A stretch of 64,000 bases of DNA from Penicillus capitatus (GCA_965649825.1 OZ287696.1:663101-727100), one strand, 5' to 3'. Counted from the stretch's first letter, positions 21,682-36,054 are shown. Numbers and translations: made by a program. Notes: a model not told the origin generated them from the letters alone.

Positions 21682-24600
21682 TCAATTTCCTCTAAATCTT
21701 TCAATCTGATACCGCAGATTCAAGTTGGACACAAGTGAATCGGACGAGAGTCTTTCTTGAGTGATCGGAGATTTGCCATTGGTACGGATCCATTGGCAGA
21801 TGGCTTCTCGTTCGTAAGTGTGCCCATCTCCAGCTACGACTGGATCTTCCATGATACTCTTTGTAATGGGACATAAGAAATCGATTTCCGTTTCTTTTGC
21901 ATGATCATCATCATAGACCACGGACAAAGTGAGTCCCAGGTCAGCTTTCGTTTTTGTCTTGGATACAATGCTCGGCGCGATGGTTTCTTTTTTCTTGCTG
22001 AGCTCTCTTCGATCTTTTATCGTGGCAGCAAGAATTTTAATGACTTCTGCATGGCGTTTGCTGACGGCGATGTGTAATGGAGTTCTGGAATCGTTGTTCA
22101 ATACGAAGGGATTCGCTCCGTGTGTGACCAGGAGTCTCACGATCTCCACATGGCCTTCGACAGCGGCAGCATGCAGGGCAGCAGTGCCCAACTGCCAAAC
22201 AAGGCATTATAACACGTCTGTCTGCATTGAGTGAATATACCTTTGATTTAATATTCGGATCCGCACCGGCATAGCACAGCGTGCGTACCATGTCGACATT
22301 TCTCCGAGTAACAGCTTTGAACAGTGCCGTTTCGTTGTCCTAGAACCAAAAAAGCGATGAGCAGAAGAGGATCTTTGACATATCTACGTCGTCTGTGGCA
22401 TTGAGATTAGCATGTGCTCGAACAAGGAGTTTCACACAATCGTTGTGATCAGCTGCTGCAGCGACACATATCGGAGGCGTCCCCTATTCATTCATCCATA
22501 GATGCATTCAGAAGATCACGCGTCATTGTACACATACCACGGCTCTCCTGTTGACATTCGCTCCGTGGTGGATCAGGATGTCGACAGTGGCGGTGTCTCC
22601 TGTATGCAGAGCTGAGTGCAAAGGAACGATGCCGTTTCGATTTGGAATATCCACATTGGCCCCAGCCTTGGCGAGTGCCACGACGAGGACGGAGTTCTTG
22701 TTTGCGATCGCATGTACAATTGCGGTCTTCCCATCGTTCGGCAGTACATCGAGATTGGCACCTGCTCCGATCATCGTCGACACCAGCATCACGTCATCAA
22801 CCTTGACCGCCGTAATCAGAGGCGTTGCGCCGTCTTGATTCGCTTCGTTGACATCGGCACCGCGATCCAGCAACAGATCTACGATTCTCGAGAGACGGAG
22901 CTCGGTGGCGAGATGCAGAGGTGTATACGCAGCATCTTTCGACGGAACGATTCCAGAAGCTTGTGCACCAGCATTCAGGATGATACGCACAAGATCCACA
23001 TCCTCATGTCGAATGGCCGCCATCAGGGGAGTGTCTCCATCGTCACTGATGCAGTGTACACGTGCTCGATGTCGCAGCAGCAAAGCAACAACCTCTTTCA
23101 TGTTGTGCCGACAGGCAACCAACAGAGGAGTGAGATGACCGTCCCCTTGCTGCTGGACATCTGCTCCATGATCGAGCAACATCTGTATGATTTTAAGATT
23201 GCCTCTGTGGACGGCTGTGATCAAAGTGGTTCGACCATCATACCGCACAGCATTTGCTTCGGCCCCTGCTGCCAAGAGAGCCAGGACGCAATCTTGATGG
23301 TTGTTCTGTGCGGCCGTCATGAGAGGAGTCATTCCACAATAGTTCGCTAGATTGACAGGTGCATTCTTGGCACCGAGATATTTGACAAGTTCAGAATGGC
23401 CCTTCTTGGCGGCCAGATAAATAGGATGCGCTCCAGTTTCCGACTGGTCTCGGACACTGGCCTTGCCTTCATCGATCAGCACCTGCACGACATCCAGCTC
23501 TCCCTCGATGCATGCACAGTTCAGTGCTGTATGTCCATCATCATTTTTTGCTGAGACTTTTGCTTTCAAAGACACCAGAGCTCGAATGGCTTCTGTGTTT
23601 CCTCCGAGTGCTGCTATGTGTAATGCCGTATTTCCAAAGTTGTCAATTGCATTGATATTCACTCTCTTTTTCATAAGAGTCTTTATGATCTTGATATAGT
23701 ATTCATCCCCCTGTGTATTAAAAGGAGTAGCAAAATGAATGCTTTTCAGCCCCAATGGCCCGTGTGCATTGGCATCGGCCCCGGATCGCAGCAGAAGATC
23801 GACGAAAGATTCCTGGCCGTTCTGCAGGGCGATATGAAGTGGACTGATCTTTTCATCTCCATTGTCTAATCTCGCTCCAAACGCCAGCAGTACTCGGCCA
23901 ATCTCAGTGTCTCCCGATTCTGCTGCAAAATGTAACGCCGTCCAACCCTCCTAGCGATTCCATAAATGTGGCAGAGGGTAGAGCGTGTGTCTGGGTACCT
24001 TGTTTTGATCGTGGACGTCGCAGCCAATCATAAGACAGAACTTGACGAGGTCCACGTGTCCATCGGAGACGGCCGTCATCAAGCTCGTCATCTTGCTGTC
24101 ATCGTTGCGAGCATGAACCTGTGCGCCGTGTTTCAACAAAAGTGCGACCGTTTCATAATTCTGTGTGGCAATGGCGCACAGCATCGGGCAAAGATCGGCG
24201 TAATTCCGTGAAGTAACATTCGCTCCATGATTGAGCAGTACATGCATCGTGTCCACGTTAGCAATTGTCGAGGCGATGAGCAAAGGCGTCGTTCCATTCT
24301 GCAGCAACCACCGATCCTCTCACTAAAGATCAAAGGCAGAGCGCCATCTCATACTTTATCTCGAACATCGACGCATGCTCCATAGGCGAGTAGAATTTGG
24401 GCGGCGTTCGGGTAACTATTCTGGGCGCAGTAATGAAGTGCCGTGTAATCATTTTCTTCGCGGGCATTGACGTCTGCTCCTTGATCGAGAAGACATCGGA
24501 CGATTTCTGGATTCTCTGTCTGGATGGCAACCATCAAACATGTCACGCCTCTCTTTGACCGTGTGCGAATACTGGCTCCGTGCTTCAATAAGAATCGAAT

Positions 24601-25136
24601 GGCGGCGAGATGGCCATCCTGACACGCATAGAACAGCGCTGTCCAGTCCTGATAGTCGCCGGCATTGACGAGGGCTCCACTGTTGAGAAGCAATCGCATC
24701 ATATCGACGTCCCCTTTCGAGGCGGCCATGTGGAGAGGAAGATGAAAATCCTGAACAGCAAAAGGCAGGCCTCTTGAGTGTGTGTTGGTTCAGGTGTGTC
24801 CGTCGTCTTACTGCTGCATTTCCACATCCGTTTGGATCTTCTCCCATGTCTAACAAAATTGGAACCGTTCGGGCATCGCCATTTCGTACGGCATTTTGCA
24901 AAAGTGTGAGAGTCGACTGCAACAATCCAGTTATGCGTGTCGCCCTCAGTCATGTATGCTGCACATACCTGATGGGCCGTCTCGTACACTCTGTTGACCG
25001 TTATCTGTGAACGGGGCATCGATGCTCGAGCAGCAAAAGTGATTCGACTTCCAGTGCCACTGCCGTTTTTGCTAGAAGTCGCTTTCAGAAGGTTCTCTTC
25101 CAACACATGAGCATGTTCCTCGCAGTTCTGACCCAT
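21682..25136 (-). CDS. Ankyrin-repeat (~26) + U-box E3 ligase, paralog B (multi-exon; start uncertain)
   Basis: Exons in ORFs 24449-24925, 24349-24729, 23951-24307, 22523-23755 and 21682-22191. U-box IDFLCPITKSIMEDPVVAGDGHTYEREAICQWI...SPITQERL...LVSN. Repeat order and intron positions match paralogs A and C. Putative start MGQNC (ATG 25136). Confidence 0.88.
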
Positions 25137-26032
25137 TGCTTCAAAGTGCACACGGGCCAATAGACCTTCTTGTCTCTCTTCTCTGTGTTCTATACCAACA
25201 AGGCAAAGCGAGATTCAGTCAATTCGATAGAGGGCGCATTATCATGACCGTGTTCGGCGATATCACTTTCGGATACACATTCGCCTGTCTGCGATAAAGA
25301 ACGCGGCGTGGGGGGAACTCGAATATGGTTGGACTATGCAGCACACAGTCGAAATTCGCGCGTGCCGTCAGCAAATAGTGCATGACTGGGTCAGCAGAGC
25401 GCGTTGTTCGGCGACTTCGATTTCTAGGAGCGAAGAAGGGCATGCTGCGTTCGACGTGCCGCTATCCCAAAGCGTCGTTATCTTGGAAGCAATGGATTTC
25501 GTTCAAACCGTCACCAAACTGACGTCGATGTCTTGATCCTACGCTTTCCTCTAACTTCTACGTGAAGCCATTTCTCCAGCTGTCTTTATTTCGACTGCCC
25601 CAGACTGAATTAATCACAGCGCGTGCATTCCATAGCCAACAGCAGCTGCGCGCAGTACATCTCTTGACGAGATTTTGCACGGCGACGGACGGTGGTTCCG
25701 AGTGCGCTCCGTCGAGTGGCGTCGTTTCGCAGACGGTATTCAATAGAACATACATAGTTGCTAACGGGTGTCTGTCACTCATCATAGTATCTTCTCGATC
25801 GTTGACATGCTTTGTTCGTTATACAAACAATCGCATCAAATCCAGACGAATTGCTCGACCACATTCTTCCAGTCCACCGCCGACACAACAAAGTGATCAA
25901 CGATGAGTGTATGGAAAAAGAATAAAACTGTCAAGAGCTTGTGCATAGCTTTGCAGCTCAGAAGCGTCTTGATGATGGATCCTCTCTGTCGCAAGGAACG
26001 TCACATCAAAATACGGCACCCATCGCTCTTTC

Positions 26033-26566
26033 TCACTTTCGAATATATAAAGGAATCGGCACTGCTTTACCGCCACCCCCACAAGCTGAACACTTCGTGT
26101 ACCCAGTGTGATGACAGGAATCGCAGCCAACATCGTTGTCTGACCAACGGGTACAGATACAAGGCTCAACGCCAGTTCCATTGCAACGTGGGCAAGGGTC
26201 TTGACCTTCAAAACGATCCTACAGCATGGGCATCGGGGTGACGCAGCAGCAGGAATGGATAGAGCATACGTGTTCTGTTGTTGCCAAAAGCTGTCGGCCA
26301 ATAAAAGCCGCTCCCAGGAGAAAAGTCAGTGAATAGATGGCGGTCGAAACCGACTGCACGACCGGCATAGCGATATCCAGCGCATCATATCCCGCAGATA
26401 GAGCCACGACTCCACAGCGATTCAGTCGCGACCGGGTTTTGATACCTCCGCTGAGAAAACGTTCGCTTCGGCGACGCAGAAGATAGGCTCTGTGTGTGAC
26501 GCTAAAGGTATGGCAAGGACATACGGGAAGACAGGGGGAATGCGCAGCGAAGTGTTCCAACTGCAT
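26033..26566 (-). CDS. Plastid-targeted DnaJ-like zinc-finger (CxxCxGxG) protein with one transmembrane helix, 2 exons
   Basis: Exon 1 (in ORF 26219-26644) has a transit-like N-terminus and the TM segment VSTAIYSLTFLLGAAFIG, followed by a GT-AG intron. Exon 2 is missed by the ORF track and reads DRFEGQDPCPRCNGTGVEPCICTRWSDNDVGCDSCHHTGYTKCSACGGGGKAVPIPLYIRK*. Confidence 0.8.
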
Positions 26567-26736
26567 CTTGCGCCACGGAAAAGTCCAACAGCGCCGAAGG
26601 TTAAATGATAAATGAACGCATTCGACTGCGCGGACCTCTGCCAAAAGGGTACATAGACACGTATGACCGACCCTGGATTGAGCAACGGATGCATGAAAAT
26701 AGCGTTGCCGAGTTCAGACAGCACGACATAGCTGCT

Positions 26737-28307
26737 TCACCATTTGAGCCCTTTCCACGCACCAGGCTTCGTTTCTGTGGATTCTTCTTTGGCGGCGGAT
26801 GTCTTTTCATCGGGCTCTTTGAATTTGGGATCGGTCATTTTCTTGAAGGCAGTCTTGACTTTGGATCCTGGATGCCGCTGTGAAGCTACGAGTGCAGTTA
26901 GTGGCCTTACCTGCGTCGATGGGGTCCAAAGGGTCCTTTCGCATGCGATGATTGAGACAGATGCCAATGATGCGCTCGATGTCGTCGATGCCGACTTCGG
27001 TTCGCCCATCCAATGCAACAGCCGCCTTCGCCGCCCGACACGTGACGATATCTCCACGCAATCCTTCAACCCTTAGTCGCGCACAGATCTGCGAAATTTT
27101 CAGCTACATGCAAAACCCGTCGTCCATTGGAAGAGCATCCTGAAGCGACGTGATGTGACCGTCACCTCAAGATCCTTGGAAATAGTGACCGAAGCAAGAC
27201 GATCCTTTGCCGCCAAGATCTGTTGTCGGATTTCTTCCTGTCTCTGTTCTTGCTCTATCACAAATCCATCGGGATCTCTGTCGTAGCTCAGTCGATCCAG
27301 CACAATGCGTTTTCGTATCTCTCTGTCCATCACCGTCTCGATCTGAACCGACAGACCGAAGCGATCGATCAGCTGCGGACGCAGCTCACCTTCCTGTCAC
27401 CATCGCCGACTTACAGCGCATAGAGTGAGAGAACAGGCAATGACTTGCGGATTGCCCGAGCCGATCATAATGAATCTGGCTGGATGGACGATTGAAACGC
27501 CTTCTCTCTCCACAATGTTCATTCCTGAAGCGGCGGCATCCAGAATCACATCGACGATTCCGTCTTCCAATAAGTTCACCTCATCAACATACAGAATCCC
27601 GCGATTGGCCTTGGCCTAAGGAATAATTACATAACACACGCATCTATCAGAAATCTGAATCCTACAAGGAGACCCGGTTCAAATGCTTTGACACCATCGG
27701 ACAGGGCTCTCTCTATATCGATCGTTCCACAGATCCGATCCTCCGTCGCACCCAGAGGCAGTTCGATCTAAAGAATATGTATGTTCGATCAGCGACAGGA
27801 CGTGACGGACAGAAAGGGCATGACTAGAGGGGTGCGTATGTTTTCGGTCTCCAGTGCCTCTCCCGCTCTCCGCCTTTCCAGAGCTTCGGGTCCCATCAGA
27901 TTTGTATCGCATGGATCAGAATTGAATGGATCGTTGGTGACAACTGTGATATCTGGAAGGAGTTCGGCGAGAGCACGGACGGAGATAGATTTCCCTGTGC
28001 CTCGGTCGCCCATGATGAGGACTCCTCCAATTTTGGGATCCACGACATTGAGCAGTAATGCGAGTTTCAAAGTCTCTTGTCCCGAAATGCAACAGAAAGG
28101 GAAGGATGGCTTCTGAATACTGCCGCTCGGCACAGATCCTTCCGTCTCCAGGGCAGCAGCTCGTAAGATGCAAGGGACGTCTCGTGCTTTTATTGCCGCG
28201 CCTCGAATGGCAGAACACCTGACGCGTCTCTGCGTCGCGCAGCGGCCGCCAGCGTCGCCAAGGCGGACGCACTGTACAGGATTGTTGCCGAATCTCGCGA
28301 TCTGCAT
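26737..28307 (-). CDS. CHLI: Magnesium chelatase subunit I, nuclear-encoded with transit peptide (CHLI2-like)
   Basis: [38 protein letters not shown]; [16 protein letters not shown]; [14 protein letters not shown]; [13 protein letters not shown]; [15 protein letters not shown]; [12 protein letters not shown]. The start codon is approximate. Confidence 0.93.
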
Positions 28308-28950
28308 CGTGATATCGGCTGTCGTACGCCTCGTCGTCTTCGGATCTGCCAAACGGTCGTAATGTGACGTTCTGACGTGGCTAGGGCGCGACACTCCGTT
28401 CACTGGTCCCCCGTGGTTGTCAACCGACGACACCGGGCCGTAGATCGACTGCCTCGGAATGGAGATCGCTCGGACGACCGTCGTGGACTGAAACGGTCTC
28501 CATATCGTCCATAACCCTGCCTTTGGCTGCATAACTAGGCACGTCTCGATCATCCCTCGCAACAAACAGCACCCCCACTTCTGGCATAGAGTGAACATTC
28601 TCACATATTCATAATAGAATAAATAACAATATGGCGCCAGATGGACATAGACACGGACACCTGCCTCATCCATCTCTCTGATTTCTCTCCTTCAGGAGCA
28701 CATGGAAGGCAGATGTTGTTTGAAGGGGCTTCGTGGAGAGATCATCCCATCTCGTTCTCTCTGTCTGCTTTATCATTGCTTAGGAGTGTTTTTAAATCTC
28801 AGCCCATAACGTTCTCTCTTGGATTGATGTTCAGTCAACCGCCGTTGTCACGTCCAATCGCCACCACTTAAATAAACGAACGACGCGGCGCTACAACAGC
28901 TTGATAGTGCGTCAGAACTTCTCCATTCTTAATTCTTCACGCTGCTTAAG

Positions 28951-31900
28951 ATGCGTCGCTTCTCACGTCTGTTCAGCTCATCTCATAAGCGCCGCAGCGG
29001 TGAAGACGTAAGCCGTTACCCTCGCGGTGCATGCATGCCCATTCCCCTTTTTGGGACAGGTCGAGAAAAAGGTACAAGGGAGCGTCTCGCGGTTCTTCAG
29101 TAAAAGACGCAGCACTGCCTTTTTGAAACGCAGTAAAACGCGAAAAGGCGGTGCCTAGTTAACGACGTGTGGATCTAGACGGCATTGGGTACAATATAAC
29201 CGAAGAACAAACCACGGATGCGCCTGTCGACTCACATGTACCCGACGAAGCTCTCAAGACCGCAGATTATCGAAAAATCCTCCGCACGCTCACTGGAGAG
29301 CACAGTGAAACGTTCGGCAGGAGTGTACATAGACCGAATGAGGGGGTAGCACACGTGGAGACAACGACGAATCAAACAGAAGGGAGACTAAGCACCGTCG
29401 ACCAGGTATACCACCGAACACTATGCGCCATCGCGACGCCTCAGCGTTCCAACAGGACAGAGCGACCACCCTACACGATGCAGTCAAAATCGGCAACGTC
29501 AGAAGTGTGCGAGAGCTCTTGAGACGGGGCGCAGATCCAAATGCGACGGGTGCAGGGGAGGTTAGCTCCGAAGCAGAGATGGGACATATGTCTAGACGAG
29601 GATGCATGTGCTTTTGCAGAAGTTCCATCGTCCCCTGCACATCGCCGCATCAAAAGGAAATACAGAAATGATAAAGCTGCTGTTAGATAGTGGTGCCTCT
29701 ATTGATGCAGGAGATCTGTTGCAGTGGACAGCACTTTTCTTTGCTTGCCAAGATGGTCATCTGCCGGCCATTCAACTGTTGTTGGAACGCGGGTCCAACA
29801 TTCATGCACGAGCAAGTACTGGGGTCACTTGCCTCATGGTAGCTGCGAAATCGGAGAACGCGGTCATTATTCAGTATCTCATCCACAAAGGAGCAAAAAT
29901 TGAAGCAGTCGAAGAAGACGGCTGGACAGCTCTGCATTTCTGTGCACAGAACAGTTATGCCGTATCTGCCAGAAAACTGCTTGCCAATGGCGCACGTGTC
30001 GATGCGAGAACAACGGTATGCGTCTCGATCTACGCTGTTAAGATCATGCATGTGTGTTTGCTGGTTTGTGGTATGTAGAGTGGAATGACGCCGCTGATCA
30101 TTGCCACTGCAAAAGGGAATGTGGACACGATGCGTGTGCTCCTTGAGTACGGCGCAAAAGTTGATGTAGAAGATACTGATGGACGCACTCCAATGATTTG
30201 CGCAATTACCACACAAGACTACGAAAAAACACTACTTTTATTTCAGTATGGGGGGAATATCAACACACGTACTCATGAGAACAGCATGACAAGTTTGATG
30301 GTGGCCGTATCAGAAAACCGAATGGAGTTGGTTCGTTTGTGCCTTTTGGCCGGGTGCAACATTCATGATGAAGATCGGGTAAGATCGCTCACTCCCTTAC
30401 CATAGGACAGATGTGGACTGGCTGTCTGGCTGTACAGGATGGCTGGACGGCAATGCACTTTGCGGCCAAGACTGGGAATATCGAAGTTGGTCGGGCGCTT
30501 TTGAGTGCGGGGGCAAAGATTGAGGGAGGGGACAAGGGAAGTCCCCTACACATCGCACTGCGATGTGGACAAGTGGAATTTGTGGAGTTTCTACTTCTTT
30601 CTGGGGCAGATATCAATGCAAATGGTCCCGAAAACCTCAAGACCATGCACTATGCGACGGCGGCAGCGAGTCAGGGTAAAGACCTCTGTATGACCATGAT
30701 CCGATTGCTCATCCGAAGAGGGGCGAATATCAATCAAGTCGACAATCGAGGACATACAGCATTGCATACAGCAGCGATGGCTGGAAGAGCCCCCGCTGTG
30801 ATGGCACTCTTGTCACTCGGTGCTGATGTCACTGCCAGAAACAGTGACGGACACACGCCTCTGAGCTGTGCCTGCATCGAAGGAGAACTGGCAGCAGCGC
30901 GATTGCTGATTGAAGAAGGAGGTTCTGGTCTCTCCGAGCAATCCAACAACGGCTCACATCCGATCTACTTGGCAACAGCAAAGGGACACGATGATCTCGT
31001 ACGCTATCTCATTCTCAAAAAAGCCCCGGTGAATCTTCCAAACGTCAACGGGATGACGCCTTTGATGGTGGCTGTTCTCTACAACCGCGTCAATTCCGCC
31101 AGAATGTTGATACAGGCTGGTGCAGATCCCAATACCAGAAGAGAAGACGGGCGCACCGCTTTGATCATCGCCGTGATCGAAGCCAATCTCGAAATGATTC
31201 AGTTGCTGCTGGACAACGGAGCTCGTGTGAATCAACGAGGAGACAGTTCATTGACCCCACTCTTCGTCGCCTGCCACAATAATCTGAAAGACGTCGTGAG
31301 ACTATTACTAAGATACCAGGCAAAAGTCAACTGCGTCTGCGAGAATGGAAACACTCCATTGATCGCCACCATTCAACACAATGATGAAGAACTGGTTAGA
31401 ATGTTGCTACAGGTGGGTGCACTACCATCAGGACTCGTTCCATCGATCGAAGCCTCTCGCACACCATTGCATCTTGCCACGGCTTTTGGTTTTCCAAACA
31501 TCGTGAAGCTTCTGCTGAACAACGGGGCAAATCCGAATGAAGTCGAGAAGCAAGGAATCACAGCCCTGTTTGTGGCTGTTGAGAACGGAGACCTGGAGCT
31601 TGTTCAATTGCTCATTGCCGCACACACAAACTTGGATGTGGTATCTGCGAAAGGGAAAACGGCGATTGTGCATGCGATTTCGGATGGCAATTTCGACATC
31701 GTCAAAGCGTTGGCTGAGGCTGGAGCAAATGTCGATATTCCAAATCCAGATGGAATTACTGCTTTGCACGCAGCCCTGCACACCGGAGATGTTGCCACTG
31801 CCGAACTCCTCATTCGTCACGGAGCTGATGTCAACAGAAAAGCACTGGTAAGTCGAGCCACCTCATCACTCTGTGGCCTCCGAAGTCGCGAGATCGATCA

Positions 31901-32737
31901 TATATTGTGTCCTTGATAGGGAGCACCACCTGTCTCTATTGCAACAACAGCAAATCATGTCGAGTGCGTGAGATTACTCATCGTCGCTGGTGCCAATCTC
32001 AATGCCGTCGATGAAGTATGCGTTCTCTGTTGATCGAGCAGACGAATGATTGGAGACTGTTTGGACAGAATAATGCGACAGCACTGTACAATGCTTCATT
32101 CAAAGGACTTGTTGATATTGTGCATGTGCTTCTTGAAGCCGGAGCTGATCCGAACATCAAAGCCGATGTAGATATGCCACTTGTCTCGCATTTGATGTTC
32201 CCTGATCTTTTGCTGCTCTAGAGTGGTGCCGTGGCTATTCATGTCGCAGCACAGGAAGGGCATGCCGAAATTGTGAAGCTTTTGGTCGAAAACGGAGCGG
32301 ACTTGTTCATCCTGACAAGAGATTCCAGATCAGCAATGGATATTGCAGCAAGCAAACGTCACAGATCTGTGGTTACTGTACTCGCCTCGGCAGCAAACAG
32401 ATCTCAACACAAATCGCCGACGCCACAGAATCTACCTCCCTCTCAAACACGATCCATTGCACCGAATAAGCCTGTTACAACACCCCTCGCACCTGTTCGC
32501 AAAAATGCCGCCTTGGAAGATATGTTATACTGCCCCATAACGGGACAGATAATGGAAGATCCAGTGGTCGTCGGTGATGGCCACACATACGAAAGGGCTG
32601 CAATCGTCGAATGGATTCAGAATTACGGCACATCGCCTTGGACGAAAAAACCGATCTCTGTCCAGATCCTCGTGCCCAATCTGAATCTCAAACATCAGGT
32701 GGAAATCTATAAAGCCACTAGAGACAAGAGAGAATGA
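28951..32737 (+). CDS. Ankyrin-repeat (26 counted) + U-box E3 ligase, paralog C (multi-exon)
   Basis: Exons in ORFs 29423-29671, 29602-30078, 30085-30405, 30411-31916, 32018-32221 and 32231-32737. U-box LEDMLYCPITGQIMEDPVVVGDGHTYERAAIVEWI...SPWTKKPI...LVPN. First exon MRRFSRLF (ATG 28951). Confidence 0.9.
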
Positions 32738-34117
32738 GCATCTATGAAAATGATCCCAATCAGCGCCGAGAACTTAGAATATCTGTAGTCGATATCTCAT
32801 GTGCCTGCTGCACCAATTGATGCCAGTTTACACGGCTATTTCATTTCCAGAGGGAACTTGGCTTTTCGTGTGCTTCTGCAGTGTGAATATGTAATAAGAG
32901 GAAGATATGACTGAAAGGATATCCTGGACGAAGGTCATTGACGAGCTCGACGGAGTTCACCTGTCATGATGTGATTCATCAGTTTATTCTTTAGCTGTGA
33001 GGGGAGATGCTCTCTGTGTACTGGATGCAGACTCTTTCCGTGACGTACATTTACTTCCTGCATTTTGAAGTTGAGTTCTTCCGAAGATGTAACTGACTTT
33101 TCGTTGTCGCTTTTTGATCCCGAAGAAAATCGAGACTTCTTACTTGATAGAGCATGAAAACCGCGCAGGATTCTTTGCTTCTTGATATGATGAGAATCAA
33201 CAAAAGCAAACAAAATCGTTTTCTTTTGGAACGGGTCTTCGTTATTGCCTCTCCGCTTCGCAGACTCATCGCAATGTACTCAGATGTTCTCTCTTGGAAT
33301 GCCATGTTGACGGATGGGATGGATGGTCAGGGTGTCTACTGCTCACATGCATGCATGCTTTTTTAGCAGTCACGTCGTTGTTTTTTCATCATGTCAGGAC
33401 ATTTGGTCCGCGAGTTGTGTTTTCTGACGAATCACTTATCATCTTGGCTGACGAATCACCGAGATCCGTATTTCGAGCAGTATATCTGATTATGGCCAGT
33501 AGGTAAAGGAATGCCTGCGGTTTGCTTTATCGCTGTAAAGCAATAAGAAACCGTTTGGATCATCGTAGATCGCACAGAGTCCTCATTGGCATCTGAATGC
33601 CTCGCTTTTCGTTTGACGCTCAAGAAAACGATGAAAACGAGAATCTCTGCAGTGAGAAACGAACATGCGTTTATTCAAACGTAATAGCAAAGCAGTCGTG
33701 CTAGACGGTGATGCGGGATCCTGAACATCACTCGCGGGTGGCGGCGCATCGAATGGACATCGTCTGCATATCGCCGACGTGAAAAGAACGCCGTGTACAT
33801 TGGCACGCGTCAAGGGGCCAGTTCTATCGCAGTCGAGTCGCCAACCGCATCGTGCCAGTTACGGTTCATGCATCTAGTCGCATGAAAGTGCCGGAATCGC
33901 GGATTCTGTGCGTCCTCTCTTGAGACAACATGTAGACAGAAGCACGCATGCATCCGAAAAGCCATGGTCATCGAATTGCACATGGTAGTAACCGAGCTCG
34001 CTGTGCTTGCTGTCTGTATTGACCCTACTGTCGCGACAAGATGCACCATTCAAAAATAACAACACTTGAAGAAAGACGTACGAAAGTTATTCTGTGGCAA
34101 AGCACTTTTTTGCACTG

Positions 34118-36054
34118 TCATAACTTCTGGTTTTCTGTTGCCCGTTTCTTTTTTGTCATAAAGTTTCCTGCCAGATAGATGGTGCAGTAGATAATGTGAG
34201 GGATGAACTTCATGGAAGCGTACACCTGCATAGATTCTTTGAAAGATAGGATCTGAAAAACAAACGTCTCCTGGAGTGTGCACATGTGAAGAGGGCAAAC
34301 CAAGAAAGCTGTGGCTGAGTAGTTCAATGATATACTCGAGTACGCGATTTTGACACATCTGTACCAGAACGTCTGCGAAATTTCTCTTTTGCTTTGCTCC
34401 CATCGATGCAACACTGACAGCAGTGATGTGACAGGTCAAAGCATGCAGACACGGCATTTGTCTTACTTTTGGAGGAAGAAATGGCCACAACTGCCGATAC
34501 AAAGAACATGAAATAGCCTGGATACAATCCCTGAAACAGTACAGCTGCACGCAGTGAGGGAGATTGCTGCGATGCGTACATGCCACAGTGCACTGATCAG
34601 CTGAGTGATCATGACGGCGGAGAAGGAAGACATCGCATTTGTCGACATCAGTCTGTCGTAGACATCTAATCGACCACACAAGATGATGATATTCATGAGG
34701 GATGGGTGAGGCAAACGCACATCTACGAAGAAAAGTTCCGGTGCAAATGTTCCAATCGCGAGGCAGAAGGGCGAAACTTGTGGCGAATTCTACGGCCACG
34801 ACATCTGCATTTCGACATCTGTCCCTGTAGATCAACCAACATATGTTGCAGGACAGACAGACACAAATGGCGATGTTTTCTGACCATTTGTGGCGTTTCT
34901 CTTCTTTGTCTCCATCACTTGTGCCGTTGTATCCGTACTGCGAGGCGATCGATGCTGCTTCGGCTAGTCCCCAAGCAAAATAGTACTTCATACGATATGA
35001 TATACACACCAATGATGCTAGCAAGTACCTAGAAGCGAAGCATGCACCCAACAACAGCTACAAAGCTGAAGGAACTTCATTCCCAATGAAGCTGACAGGA
35101 AGGATTCGCTGAAGAGCAGGTCGAATGTGTAATACGTGTTCATTGTTAAGTGTAACGCCATGCAGACCATTGACGTGAAGATGGCTCGAAGAGCAGCCAT
35201 CCCTCTCGGTGGCAGTGGGGCACTCCACAACTACAGTCCATCAGCGTCTGAAACAATTGATGGGATGGAAGAGAAAAACATCAGCCCGTTCGACATAGTT
35301 TTTGTAGTCTTTGAATTCTGTGAATGGTCCAGAGAGCAGATGTCCAAAGCATAGGACGTAGCTCAGAAACTCCAGGAGTGATGGACTCTCGTGGAGCATT
35401 TTCTGTTTTTGATAAGTTGTCATGCTTTTCGCAGTGACCTAAACAGCATCCCGTCGAATAACGATGACTTGAAAGGCATTCAAACATTGTTCTTTTCTTC
35501 AGCTTGGTCATATGCTTTATTTCTTTCGCCAGCTTGACGACATTCTGCAATGGCCACGAGCTTAAGGAATAGAATCATAAGCGCCCCTGTTGCATCCATG
35601 GCGCCTCCCTGCCACGCGGCTCCACTGGCATTCATAACATGCCTTCATAGCCGTTTTCTCAACACCATGTGAGAATGTTTCATGCATGTTACATGTAGAC
35701 GAGATGGGGGAAGCAGACAAGCCAGACCAGTTTGCCACAGTGTGCCGGAGAAAGATGCATCGCCGCAAAGGTGAACATGATCGGTGGTAGAAGATGCACG
35801 ACGCTGTTTCCAAATGGCAGATAGATTAATATCCAGCCGCTTAAAATGGCAAACATATGCGTCCCTTCATTGCCAATGTCGGTTATCCCGTTCGACAGGG
35901 AAAGGATCGACCTACCGACGACACTGGGGATCTGTCGCTGACACCACGCAACTGGGAGACAGGCAAAAAGACATGCGGCAAACCGCCATTGAGAGACGCT
36001 AATGCCAAGAGAGGACGCGATACTCTCTTCGCAATCCATTGAAGGCAGCGCCAT
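34118..36054 (-). CDS. LPCAT: MBOAT lysophospholipid acyltransferase (LPCAT/LPLAT type), multi-exon
   Basis: N-terminus SIASSLGISVSQWRFAACLFACLP; PSLLEFLSYVLCFGHLLSGPFTEFKDY; RMKYYFAWGLAE; WNICT; catalytic His in ISALWH|GLYPGYFMFF across an exon junction. Confidence 0.9.

Noticed and set aside
32935-33813. Short minus-strand ORFs and a 12-bp direct repeat (ctgacgaatcac at 33424 and 33448)
   Set aside because: No domain evidence, and the repeat is too short to interpret.
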